Assembly (NCBI GenBank): GCA_045650165.1
Contig: JAZRQW010000024.1
Span: 25,661 to 89,660 of the forward strand
Length of the DNA stretch: 64,000 nt
Direction of reading: 5' to 3'
Origin: Acutalibacteraceae bacterium
GTDB lineage: Bacteria; Bacillota; Clostridia; Oscillospirales; Acutalibacteraceae
Shown here: piece by piece, positions 1-8,760 of the stretch
Position numbering within the stretch: position 1 is the stretch's first letter
Layout: every line of letters starts with the position of its first letter
Notes under the pieces: model-generated
What the model was told of the DNA's origin: nothing
Database searches by the model: none
What the model saw: only the letters and a program-made list of their open reading frames with translations
Made by a program: the position numbers and the translations under genes

Positions 1-1557
1 TCGTCAATGGCACTTTTTGCTCGTGTCGGCGGCGGTATCTTCACAAAGGCTGCCGATGTCGGTGCAGACCTTGTCGGCAAGGTGGAGGCTGGCATTCCTG
101 AGGACGATCCGAGAAATCCCGCTGTTATTGCCGATAATGTAGGCGATAATGTCGGTGATGTAGCAGGTATGGGTGCCGACCTTTATGAATCCTACGTCGG
201 CTCAATTATTTCCTCATCCGCTCTCGGCGTTGTTGCTTTCAGCGATATCAAGGCTATGGCTGTGCCGTTGCTTATTTCAGCACTCGGCGTTATTGTTTCA
301 ATTTTCTGTACCGCTCTTGTGCGCACAAAGGAAAGTACAGAACAAAAAAATCTGCTTAAGGCACTTCGCAGAGGCACCAATACTTCTGCCGTTATTATTG
401 CCGCACTGGCTTTCCCTGTAATATGGTTTATCCTCGGCAAAGAGAATATCGGTGTTTATTTCTCAATGATATCAGGTCTTGCTGCAGGCGTGCTTATCGG
501 TGCCTCAACAGAATATTTCACTTCCGACACATATAATCCCACCAAGAAACTGGCACAGACCGCCTCTACAGGCTCGGCAACAATCGCTATCAGCGGTATG
601 AGCCTCGGTATGCTTTCAACCTCTCTTCCTATAATTATTGTCGGTGCGTGTGTAATGATGGCGTTTGGCTTTGCAGGCGGCTTTGTTAATTCCGCAAACG
701 GTCTTTACGGCATTTCCGTTGCGGCAGTCGGTATGCTTTCTACTCTCGGCATCACCCTTGCAACCGATGCCTACGGCCCGATAGCTGATAATGCAGGCGG
801 TATTGCAGAAATGACGGGTATGGACCCTAAGGTCCGTGAAAGAACAGATGCTCTTGATGCTCTGGGCAACACAACTGCTGCTACGGGTAAGGGCTTTGCA
901 ATCGGCTCAGCCGCACTTACCGCCCTTGCTCTTATTGCAAGCTATGTCGAAAAAATCAAGCAGGTCGGCGGTGCGGAAGTTCAGATTGATATGAGTCTTA
1001 TGAATCCCACTGTGCTTACGGGCTTACTCATAGGTGCCGCGTTGCCGTTTATCTTTGCCGCACTCACAATGGAATCCGTCGGTAAAGCCGCACGAAGTGT
1101 TGTTGTTGAGGTCCGCAGGCAGTTCAAGGAAATCAAGGGTCTGCTTGACGGTACGGGCGAGGCGGATTACGCTTCCTGTGTTGACATTTGTGCAAAGGCA
1201 AGCCTTAAGGAAATGATACTTCCCACAATTGTCGCTGTTGTCGCTCCCGTTGCAGTGGGTCTGCTCCTTGGTTATAACGGTGTTATCGGTATGCTTGCGG
1301 GTGCTACTGCAACAGGCTTCCTGCTTGCAGTATTTATGTCAAACGCAGGTGGTGCGTGGGACAACGCAAAGAAGCATATTGAAACAGGCGTTCTCGGCGG
1401 TAAGGGCAGTAATGCTCATAAGGCGGCTGTTGTAGGTGATACGGTTGGCGACCCGTTCAAGGATACCTCGGGACCGTCCATCAATATCCTCATCAAGCTC
1501 CTGTCCGTTGTTTCAATCGTCTTTGCGGGAGTTATAGTAAAATTCCATTTGTTCTGA
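1..1557 (+). CDS. hppA: membrane-bound ion-translocating pyrophosphatase (K+-dependent subfamily), 5' end cut by window edge
   Basis: Reading frame is open to position 1. Motifs GDNVGDVAGMGADLYESY, DNAGGIAEM, GNTTAATGKG (Ala rather than Lys, so K+-dependent type) and DTVGDPFKDTSGPS. Highly hydrophobic multi-TM protein. Confidence 0.9.
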   Translation, partial: SSMALFARVGGGIFTKAADVGADLVGKVEAGIPEDDPRNPAVIADNVGDNVGDVAGMGADLYESYVGSIISSSALGVVAFSDIKAMAVPLLISALGVIVSIFCTALVRTKESTEQKNLLKALRRGTNTSAVIIAALAFPVIWFILGKENIGVYFSMISGLAAGVLIGASTEYFTSDTYNPTKKLAQTASTGSATIAISGMSLGMLSTSLPIIIVGACVMMAFGFAGGFVNSANGLYGISVAAVGMLSTLGITLATDAYGPIADNAGGIAEMTGMDPKVRERTDALDALGNTTAATGKGFAIGSAALTALALIASYVEKIKQVGGAEVQIDMSLMNPTVLTGLLIGAALPFIFAALTMESVGKAARSVVVEVRRQFKEIKGLLDGTGEADYASCVDICAKASLKEMILPTIVAVVAPVAVGLLLGYNGVIGMLAGATATGFLLAVFMSNAGGAWDNAKKHIETGVLGGKGSNAHKAAVVGDTVGDPFKDTSGPSINILIKLLSVVSIVFAGVIVKFHLF

Positions 1558-1566
1558 TATACAGAT

Positions 1567-1608
1567 AAAAAAAATCAGCGATGCAGTTTTGTACTGCATC
1601 GCTTTTTT
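1567..1608. terminator. bidirectional intrinsic terminator between convergent hppA and the ABC operon
   Basis: 11-bp perfect stem AGCGATGCAGT (1577-1587) / ACTGCATCGCT (1593-1603) with a 5-nt loop. Flanked by an A8 run on the left and a T6 run on the right. Confidence 0.75.
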
Positions 1609-1616
1609 GTGTGCTT

Positions 1617-3479
1617 TTATGAATTTGTTTTTTCAAATTGGCTGTTGTAAAGGTTAGCGTAAAATCCGCCGAGCGCCATAAGCTCCTCGTGGTTGCCCTG
1701 CTCAACAATATCACCGTTGTTCATGCAGAGAATAAGGTCGGCATTGCGTATTGTCGAAAGTCTGTGGGCTATAATAAAGCTTGTTCTGCCCTTCATAAGG
1801 TTGTCCATAGCCTTCTGAATGAGGATTTCCGTTCTTGTGTCAACCGAGCTTGTTGCCTCGTCAAGAATGAGTATCTTCGGGTCTGCAAGTATCGCACGGG
1901 CTATAGTGAGCAACTGCTTCTGACCCTGTGAAATATTGGTTGTTTCCTCGTTCATCATCATATGATAACCTTCGGGCAGGGTGCGTACAAAGTGGTCAAC
2001 CTGAGCAGTTTTTGCGGCTTTTATGACTTCTTCGTCGGTCGCGTCAAGCTTGCCGTAGCGGATGTTTTCCATAATTGTTCCGCTGTAAAGCCAGGTGTCC
2101 TGAAGTACCATTGCGATTTCCTGCCGCAGGTCGTGTCTGTCAAAGTCTGTCAGGTCATGGCCGTCGATAAGAATTCTGCCGTCTGTCAGCTCGTGGAAGC
2201 GCATAATCAGCTTAACCATTGTGGTCTTGCCTGCGCCTGTCGGTCCGACAATTGCTATTTTCTGGCCGCTCTTTACCTTTGCGGAGAAATCCTTGATAAC
2301 AATCTTATCTGTGTTTTCGTAACCGAATTTAACGTGGTCAAAGGTGATGTTTCCTTCAATTTCAACATCGGAAAGTTTGAGTGTTGCCTTGGAATCGTCC
2401 TCTTCAGGTACTTCAAGGAATTCAAAAACTCTTTCAGCGGCGGCAGCCATTCTCTGCATCTGTGAGGAGATGTTTGCAAGCTGGTTAATCGGCTGGTTGA
2501 AGGTTCTTACATACTGAATAAATGCCTGAATATCACCAATTAAAAGTGTTCCGCCAGATGCCATAACTGCACCGACTATACATACAACAACATAGCCGAG
2601 GTTGCCTATAAAGCCCATAAGCGGCATCATAAGACCGGAAAGGAACTCGGCCTTTCTTGCGTTTTCGGCAAGCTGTTCGTTTAATTCGTCAAACTCTTCA
2701 ATAGCTCTCTTTTCACCGTTGAATGCCTTGAGTACAATGTGTCCGCCGTACATTTCCTCAATGTGACCGTTTACCGCACCGAGGTATTTCTGCTGCTTGC
2801 GGAAATGCGGCTGAGAAAGTTTTACAACATTTCTGACTATTACCATTGAAACAGGTACCGTAATTATGATAATCAGTGTCATAAGGGGACTGGTAATAAG
2901 CATCATTGTCAGTACGCCGATAAGCGTTGTAACGCTTGTGGCAATCTGAGTAATGCATTGGGTAAGCGCATTTTCAAGTGTGTCAACGTCGTTTGTGATA
3001 CGTGAAAGGACATCACCCTGACTCTGGCTGTGGAAAAAGCCGAGAGGAATACGGTTGATTTTCTGCATTATCGTGTTTCTCAGATTGAATGACAGCCTTG
3101 TAGTAACGCCGGACATTATAAATGACTGCATATAGCTGAAGAAAGCACTGATAAGATAAAGAACTATGAGAAGTATCAGAATTTCGGCTATTTTTTCAAT
3201 GTCAATTGTGCCCGTTCCTGCGAGCATACGCTCAACACCGAACTGAACCTCGTTGGTTGCCTGTGAAAGTATTTTCGGGCCTATAACGCCGAAAAGGGAA
3301 GAGCAGGCGGCAAGGAAAACTATCAGAATAAATTTGAACCTGAACGGCGCAATAAGTTTAAACAGTTTTCTGACCGTACCCTTGAAATCCTTTGCTTTTT
3401 CGATGGGTTTGCCGGGTGGTCCGCCGGGTCCTCTTTTACCGTGATTCATCGGGGGAGAGGGTGTTTTGTCTTTACTCAT
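1617..3479 (-). CDS. ABC exporter fused permease/ATPase subunit (heterodimer partner with canonical Walker B and non-canonical signature)
   Basis: 620 aa with an N-terminal 6-TM exporter domain. Walker A GPTGAGKTT, Walker B ILILDEATS, signature ISQGQKQ instead of LSGGQ. 4-nt overlap with the upstream partner. Confidence 0.9.
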   Translation of the reverse strand: MSKDKTPSPPMNHGKRGPGGPPGKPIEKAKDFKGTVRKLFKLIAPFRFKFILIVFLAACSSLFGVIGPKILSQATNEVQFGVERMLAGTGTIDIEKIAEILILLIVLYLISAFFSYMQSFIMSGVTTRLSFNLRNTIMQKINRIPLGFFHSQSQGDVLSRITNDVDTLENALTQCITQIATSVTTLIGVLTMMLITSPLMTLIIIITVPVSMVIVRNVVKLSQPHFRKQQKYLGAVNGHIEEMYGGHIVLKAFNGEKRAIEEFDELNEQLAENARKAEFLSGLMMPLMGFIGNLGYVVVCIVGAVMASGGTLLIGDIQAFIQYVRTFNQPINQLANISSQMQRMAAAAERVFEFLEVPEEDDSKATLKLSDVEIEGNITFDHVKFGYENTDKIVIKDFSAKVKSGQKIAIVGPTGAGKTTMVKLIMRFHELTDGRILIDGHDLTDFDRHDLRQEIAMVLQDTWLYSGTIMENIRYGKLDATDEEVIKAAKTAQVDHFVRTLPEGYHMMMNEETTNISQGQKQLLTIARAILADPKILILDEATSSVDTRTEILIQKAMDNLMKGRTSFIIAHRLSTIRNADLILCMNNGDIVEQGNHEELMALGGFYANLYNSQFEKTNS

Positions 3480-5215
3480 TCCAACTCCTCCTTTGCAAGC
3501 TGAGATTCCGCAATTTCACGGTACTGTGTACAGGTTTTGAGTAGCTCCTTGTGCGTGCCCTTGCCGACTATTTTACCTTCATCAAGCACTATAATCTGTT
3601 CGGCATTCATTATCGTGCTAACACGCTGTGCAACGATAAGTACGGTTGCATCTTTCGTGTAGCCCTTGAGTGCTTTTCGGAGTGCGGCATCGGTTTTGAG
3701 GTCGAGCGCTGAAAAACTGTCGTCGAAAATATAAACAGGTGACTTCTTGACAAGTGCTCTTGCAATTGCAAGCCTCTGCCTTTGACCGCCGCTGACGTTT
3801 GTGCCGCCCTGAGCAATTTCGGAATTTATTCCGTCGGGCATATCGGCAACAAAGCGTGCCTGAGCGGTGGTGAGTGCGGCACTTACCGTGTCGGTATCGG
3901 CGTTGTTGTCACCGATTTTCAGGTTGCTTTCAACAGTTCCCTTGAAAAGCACGCCCTTTTGCGGTACATAACCTATGTTGTCGCGCAGGCTTTGCAGGTC
4001 GATTTTGCGTATATCTGTGCCGTCAAACTTAATTGAACCCTCGGTAATATCATAAAACCTCGGGATAAGGTTGATTAGTGTGGATTTACCCGAGCCCGTT
4101 GAGCCTATAAAGGCTGTTGTCTGACCGGGGAGGGCAGTAAAGCTTATGTTTTCGAGCACACAGTCATCAGCATCCTTGTACTTGAAAGAAACATTATCAA
4201 ACTCAATTTCGCCTCTTGTCATATGCAGCTGCTTGGCATTTTCGGCGCTGTTGATTGACGGCTCTGTTTCAAGAATTGCACCTACACGGTTGACTGAAAC
4301 CATTGCACGGGGAATGTTGATGAAAATCATAGAGATGAACAGGAAAGACATGATTACGTGCATAGCGTACTGGATGTAAGCCATCATATCGCCGATTTCA
4401 AGCGTACTGTTGATTATCGCCTTTGAACCCAGCCATACAATAGCAATCTGCGTGAAATTCATAATTATTGTCATAAACGGCTGGAGCAGGGAAATAATAC
4501 GCTGAATGAAAAGATTGGTTTTGCGAAGGTTGTTGTTTGCACCCTCAAACCTTTTTTCTTCGTGCTGTTCGTTGCCGAAGGCACGGATAACCATCATGCC
4601 TGAAAGGTTTTCACGGCTGACAAGGTTGAGTCTGTCGATTAACGACTGAATAATCTTGATTTTGGGAAGTGCGGCTGAAAAGCCTGTTGCGATAAGCATC
4701 AGCAAGGCACCTACTGCAACGGCAAGAATCCAGCTCATTGATGTGCTCTTGCTAAGTGCGAGTGTAATACTGCCTATACCCATAATCGGTGCAAAGCAGA
4801 CCATACGCACACCATGGCTGAGCATCTGCTGAACCTGCTGAATGTCGTTTGTTGTTCTTGTGATAAGTGAGGCAGTGGAAAATTTGTCAAACTCGGTGCT
4901 TGAAAATTCCGTTACACGCTTGAATACGTCGTGCCTCATCTTTTTTGAAATTATTGCAGAAGCTTTGGTCGAAAAGAAATTTACACCGATCGCTGCAAAA
5001 ACACTCAGAAGCGCAACGCCGAGCATTTTAAGGCCCTGCGATATGATGTACTCCATCTGACCGTCCTGACCGTTGAGTCCCATAACGCCGACATCAACGA
5101 TTTCACTCATCATGCTCGGCAGAATAAGCTCCGCCAATGCCTGCACGATAAGGAAGATTACACCGAGAACCATATAGCCTGCGGCGTACTTCAAATAAAC
5201 TATAACTTTCTTCAT
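3476..5215 (-). CDS. ABC exporter fused permease/ATPase subunit (degenerate Walker B partner)
   Basis: 579 aa. Walker A GSTGSGKST, signature VSGGQRQR, Walker B VYIFDDSFS (catalytic Glu replaced by Asp). RBS AGGAGGAAAA upstream of the ATG at 5215. Confidence 0.9.
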   Translation of the reverse strand: MKKVIVYLKYAAGYMVLGVIFLIVQALAELILPSMMSEIVDVGVMGLNGQDGQMEYIISQGLKMLGVALLSVFAAIGVNFFSTKASAIISKKMRHDVFKRVTEFSSTEFDKFSTASLITRTTNDIQQVQQMLSHGVRMVCFAPIMGIGSITLALSKSTSMSWILAVAVGALLMLIATGFSAALPKIKIIQSLIDRLNLVSRENLSGMMVIRAFGNEQHEEKRFEGANNNLRKTNLFIQRIISLLQPFMTIIMNFTQIAIVWLGSKAIINSTLEIGDMMAYIQYAMHVIMSFLFISMIFINIPRAMVSVNRVGAILETEPSINSAENAKQLHMTRGEIEFDNVSFKYKDADDCVLENISFTALPGQTTAFIGSTGSGKSTLINLIPRFYDITEGSIKFDGTDIRKIDLQSLRDNIGYVPQKGVLFKGTVESNLKIGDNNADTDTVSAALTTAQARFVADMPDGINSEIAQGGTNVSGGQRQRLAIARALVKKSPVYIFDDSFSALDLKTDAALRKALKGYTKDATVLIVAQRVSTIMNAEQIIVLDEGKIVGKGTHKELLKTCTQYREIAESQLAKEELE

Positions 5216-5430
5216 TTTTCCTCCTTTGTTCTATTTGAGCAAAATTATACAAATATCATTTTATTATAAATATCTGCCGACTGCAATGTGCAATTGTAAA
5301 CTTTTTGTAAACTAAACTCGCGATACTTTAGCGTATTATCACTTTAATGCAGCAAAGTACACATATTTTTGCTGTTAAAAGCGCAGATATTTTACCGAAT
5401 GACGAAAGTAACAAAAACTTAAAATTTTGT

Positions 5431-5459
5431 TTGCATATCACAATGGAGTGTGCTATATT
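5431..5459 (+). promoter_or_regulatory. candidate sigma-A promoter for metF
   Basis: TTGCAT (5431-5436), 17-nt spacer, TATATT (5454-5459). Lies about 40 nt upstream of the GTG start at 5498. Confidence 0.4.
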
Positions 5460-5497
5460 ATAATATATTTATTATTTACATTGGGGTGGTGTTTGCT

Positions 5498-6355
5498 GTG
5501 AAGGTAGCCGATATACTCAACAACGGTAAGGTCAATGTTTCTTGCGAGCTTTTTCCGCCTAAGGCGTGGGATAAGCTTTCGGGTGTAAAACAGGTTGTTC
5601 GTGAAATAGCCGCACTCAGGCCTTCGTTTATGAGCGTTACCTACGGCGCAGGCGGCGGCACAAGCGAATACACCGTAGATTTAAGCCGCGAGGTTGAGGA
5701 TTGCGGAGTGACTGCTCTTGCACACCTTACCTGCCTTTCAACAAGCGAGGAAAAAATCGTTTCGATTGTTGATAGTTTAAAAGCAAATAAAATTGAAAAT
5801 ATACTCGCACTCAGAGGCGATAAGGGTGAACAGTCTGTGCCCGGAGCCTTTGCCCACGCAAGTGACCTCATTTCTCTTATTAAGAAGCACGGCGATTTCT
5901 GTATTGGCGGTGCCTGTTATCCCGAATGTCATCCCGAATCACCGAGCCTTGCTGCCGACCTTGACGGACTTAAAATAAAGGCTGAAAGCGGTTGCGAGTT
6001 TTTTACCACACAGATGTTTTTTGACAACAATGTTTTTTATAAATTTATGTATCGACTTCTTGCGTCGGGTATTACCGTGCCCGTTGTTGCAGGTATAATG
6101 CCCGTTACAAACAGCGCCCAGCTTGACAGAATAATTTCTCTTTCGGGCTCGGGTATTCCGCTTCGCTTCAGAGCAATTGCGGACAAGTTTGCTTCTGACC
6201 CTGCCGCAATGAAACAGGCAGGTATAGCTTACGCTACCGACCAGATTATCGACCTTATCGCAAGCGGTGTGAATAACATACATATCTACACCATGAACAA
6301 GCCTGATGTGGCTGAAAGCATTATGACAAATCTCTCTGACATTATCGGAAAGTGA
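5498..6355 (+). CDS. metF: 5,10-methylenetetrahydrofolate reductase
   Basis: Motifs VTYGAGGGT and ALRGD. Start placed at GTG 5498 behind GGGGTGG, because the ATG at 5450 lies inside the predicted promoter and adds a non-conserved hydrophobic extension. Confidence 0.85.
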   Translation: MKVADILNNGKVNVSCELFPPKAWDKLSGVKQVVREIAALRPSFMSVTYGAGGGTSEYTVDLSREVEDCGVTALAHLTCLSTSEEKIVSIVDSLKANKIENILALRGDKGEQSVPGAFAHASDLISLIKKHGDFCIGGACYPECHPESPSLAADLDGLKIKAESGCEFFTTQMFFDNNVFYKFMYRLLASGITVPVVAGIMPVTNSAQLDRIISLSGSGIPLRFRAIADKFASDPAAMKQAGIAYATDQIIDLIASGVNNIHIYTMNKPDVAESIMTNLSDIIGK

Positions 6356-6366
6356 GGAAACGGGCA

Positions 6367-8760
6367 ATGAAGTTCAGTGAAGTTTTTGGCAAAAAGCTTC
6401 TTTTCTGCGACGGTGCAATGGGCACTATGCTGCAGTCGCTCGGTCTTCCCGTCGGTAAGAGAGCAGATTACTGGAGTGTCGAACAGCCCGAAAAAGTTAA
6501 AAGTGTTCATCTTGCCTATCTTGAAGCAGGTTGTAACATAATAACCGCAAACACTTTCTCTGCCGCAGTCGGCGGCGATTACTCAGCAGAAGAAATTGCC
6601 CAAAGCGGTGTAAAAATTGCAAAAGAAGCGGTTGCTCAAAGCGGTAAGGAGGCTCTTGTTGCCTTTGATATGACTGCTACGGGTGAGCTCCTTGAGCCTC
6701 TGGGCACACTTAAGTTTGAAAAAGCATACGAAGGCTTTGCCAATGCCGTAAAGGCAGGCGAGGCGGCAGGTGCGGATTTTGTTCTTATCGAAACTATGAC
6801 CGATACCGCCGAAATCAAGGCTGCCGTGCTTGCAGTTAAAGAAAATTCTTCTCTTCCCGTTGTTGTTACTTTTACCGTTGATGAAAACGGCAGGCTGATG
6901 ACGGGGGCGGATATTGTTACTGCCGCTGCCCTTATCGAAAGCCTTGGTGCAGACGGAGTTGGTATCAACTGCGGTTTTGGTCCGGAAAAAATGCTTGAAT
7001 TCGTACCACAGCTTCTGAATTTCACAAAGCTTCCCGTGCTGATAAATTCCAACGCAGGTATGCCTGTTGTGGTTGATGGCGTTGCAAGCTACGATGTAAA
7101 ACCCGGATCATTTGCCGCAAGTGCAAAGAAGCTTGTTGAAATGGGTTGCTCTGCTGTCGGCGGTTGTTGCGGCACAACGCCTGCACACCTTGAAGCGGTT
7201 GTCACTCTTTGTAACGGTATGACCGTTGCAAAACCCAATGTCAGCGGCAGAAAGAGCTTTGTTTCCTCCCGTGCAAAAACAGTTTTCTTTAACGATAAAA
7301 CCGTTCTTATAGGCGAGCGCATTAATCCCACCGGTAAGCCGAAACTCAAAGCCGCTCTCAAAGAGAATAACCTCGAATATCTCTGTGTCGAGGCTGTTAA
7401 CCAGGAAAATGCAGGTGCTCATATTCTTGATGTCAACGTCGGTATATCCGAAATTGACGAGGTCAGCGTGCTTGAAGCAGCGGTTAAAAAGGTTTCACAG
7501 GTTACGGATTTACCCTTGCAGATAGATACTTCGGATGTTGCCGCTCTTGAAAAGGCACTTCGTGCCTACGTCGGCAAGCCTCTCATAAATTCCGTCAACG
7601 GCTCGGAGGAATCGCTTAACAGCGTTCTTCCTCTTGCGGCAAAATACGGCGCAATGGTTGTCGGCTTAACGCTTGACGAAAAAGGTATTCCCGAAACAGC
7701 CGAGGGCAGAATCGAAATTGCTGAGCGCATAATCAGCCGTGCGGCTCAATACGGAATAGATAAGTCCGATATTATTATCGACCCTCTTGCAATGACAATA
7801 AGCACAAGCGATGTCGGCGCATTGCCCACTCTCGATTCGCTCGATTATATCAAAAACACACTCGGTGTTCATACAGTGCTCGGTGTTTCTAATATTTCTT
7901 TTGGTTTACCAAACAGAGAAAAAATCAATTCCGCGTTCTTCACTCTTGCAATGCAGAAAGGTTTGAGCGCAGGTATAGTAAATCCGCTCAATGCCGCTAT
8001 GATGGATGCATATTATTCATACAACGCTCTTTATGCCTACGATAAGGGTTGTCTTGAATATATCGCAAATAATCCCGTAAGTCAGGTTCAGCAAGAAACA
8101 AAGCCTGTTCAGAAAGCAACGGTGCATTTTGTTGATGACCTTAAAACAGCGGTAATCAAAGGTATGAGTGAAAAGGCGGCGGAAGAAACCGAAAAATTAC
8201 TCAAAGAAAAACAGCCTGTCGAAATTATCGACGGTTATCTGATACCCGCACTCGATGAGGTAGGCGTGCAGTTTGAAAGTAAACGTCTCTTCCTGCCCCA
8301 GCTTCTGCTTGCCGCCTCTGCGGCATCTGCGGCGTTTGATGTTATCAAAAAACAGCTTTCGGCAGAAGGTACAACACAGAAGAAAGGCAAAATAATTCTT
8401 GCTACGGTCAAAGGTGATATCCACGATATCGGCAAAAACATAGTCAAGGTGCTTCTCGAAAACTATGGCTATGAAATAATCGATCTTGGCAGGGATGTTC
8501 CTGCCGAAGAAATTGTAAGGTCTGTAAAAGAAAATTGCGTTGCGCTTGTGGGCTTGAGTGCGCTGATGACCACTACCGTGCCCAATATGGCGCAGACGAT
8601 TGAACTGTTGCGCAAAGAGCACGACTGCAAAGTTATGGTCGGCGGTGCTGTACTTACACAGGAGTATTCCGAACAGATAGGCGCTGACTTCTATTGTAAG
8701 GATGCCATGGCATCCGTAAGATGTGCCGAAAAACTTTTTGAGGAGGGTTATCTTAAATGA
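6367..8760 (+). CDS. metH: cobalamin-dependent methionine synthase, short form (Hcy-binding, pterin-binding and B12-binding modules; no AdoMet reactivation module)
   Basis: Zn/Hcy motif GGCCGTTP, a pterin-binding barrel region, B12 motif GDIHDIGKN (DxHxxG), then SALMTTT and MVGGAVL. About 797 aa, ending directly after the B12 Rossmann domain. RBS GAGGAA before ATG 6367. Confidence 0.85.
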   Translation: MKFSEVFGKKLLFCDGAMGTMLQSLGLPVGKRADYWSVEQPEKVKSVHLAYLEAGCNIITANTFSAAVGGDYSAEEIAQSGVKIAKEAVAQSGKEALVAFDMTATGELLEPLGTLKFEKAYEGFANAVKAGEAAGADFVLIETMTDTAEIKAAVLAVKENSSLPVVVTFTVDENGRLMTGADIVTAAALIESLGADGVGINCGFGPEKMLEFVPQLLNFTKLPVLINSNAGMPVVVDGVASYDVKPGSFAASAKKLVEMGCSAVGGCCGTTPAHLEAVVTLCNGMTVAKPNVSGRKSFVSSRAKTVFFNDKTVLIGERINPTGKPKLKAALKENNLEYLCVEAVNQENAGAHILDVNVGISEIDEVSVLEAAVKKVSQVTDLPLQIDTSDVAALEKALRAYVGKPLINSVNGSEESLNSVLPLAAKYGAMVVGLTLDEKGIPETAEGRIEIAERIISRAAQYGIDKSDIIIDPLAMTISTSDVGALPTLDSLDYIKNTLGVHTVLGVSNISFGLPNREKINSAFFTLAMQKGLSAGIVNPLNAAMMDAYYSYNALYAYDKGCLEYIANNPVSQVQQETKPVQKATVHFVDDLKTAVIKGMSEKAAEETEKLLKEKQPVEIIDGYLIPALDEVGVQFESKRLFLPQLLLAASAASAAFDVIKKQLSAEGTTQKKGKIILATVKGDIHDIGKNIVKVLLENYGYEIIDLGRDVPAEEIVRSVKENCVALVGLSALMTTTVPNMAQTIELLRKEHDCKVMVGGAVLTQEYSEQIGADFYCKDAMASVRCAEKLFEEGYLK

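Noticed and set aside
5216-5497. Looked for a SAM riboswitch or Met T-box leader upstream of metF-metH.
   Set aside because: There is no GAGGGA / GCAAC-type SAM-I core, no specifier hairpin and no terminator/antiterminator pair. The region is AT-rich, and the predicted promoter leaves only about 35 nt of leader. A covariance-model scan (RF00162, RF00230) would be the decisive test.
5483-5497. GGGGTGGTG resembles the GGGTGGTACC core of a T-box.
   Set aside because: It sits 8 nt before the GTG start with no downstream terminator, so it is simply the ribosome-binding site.
5450-5497. ATG at 5450 as the metF start (as in the ORF track).
   Set aside because: It overlaps the predicted -10 element, has no RBS, and adds a non-conserved MLYYNIFIIYIGVVFA extension. 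GTG 5498 has a good RBS.
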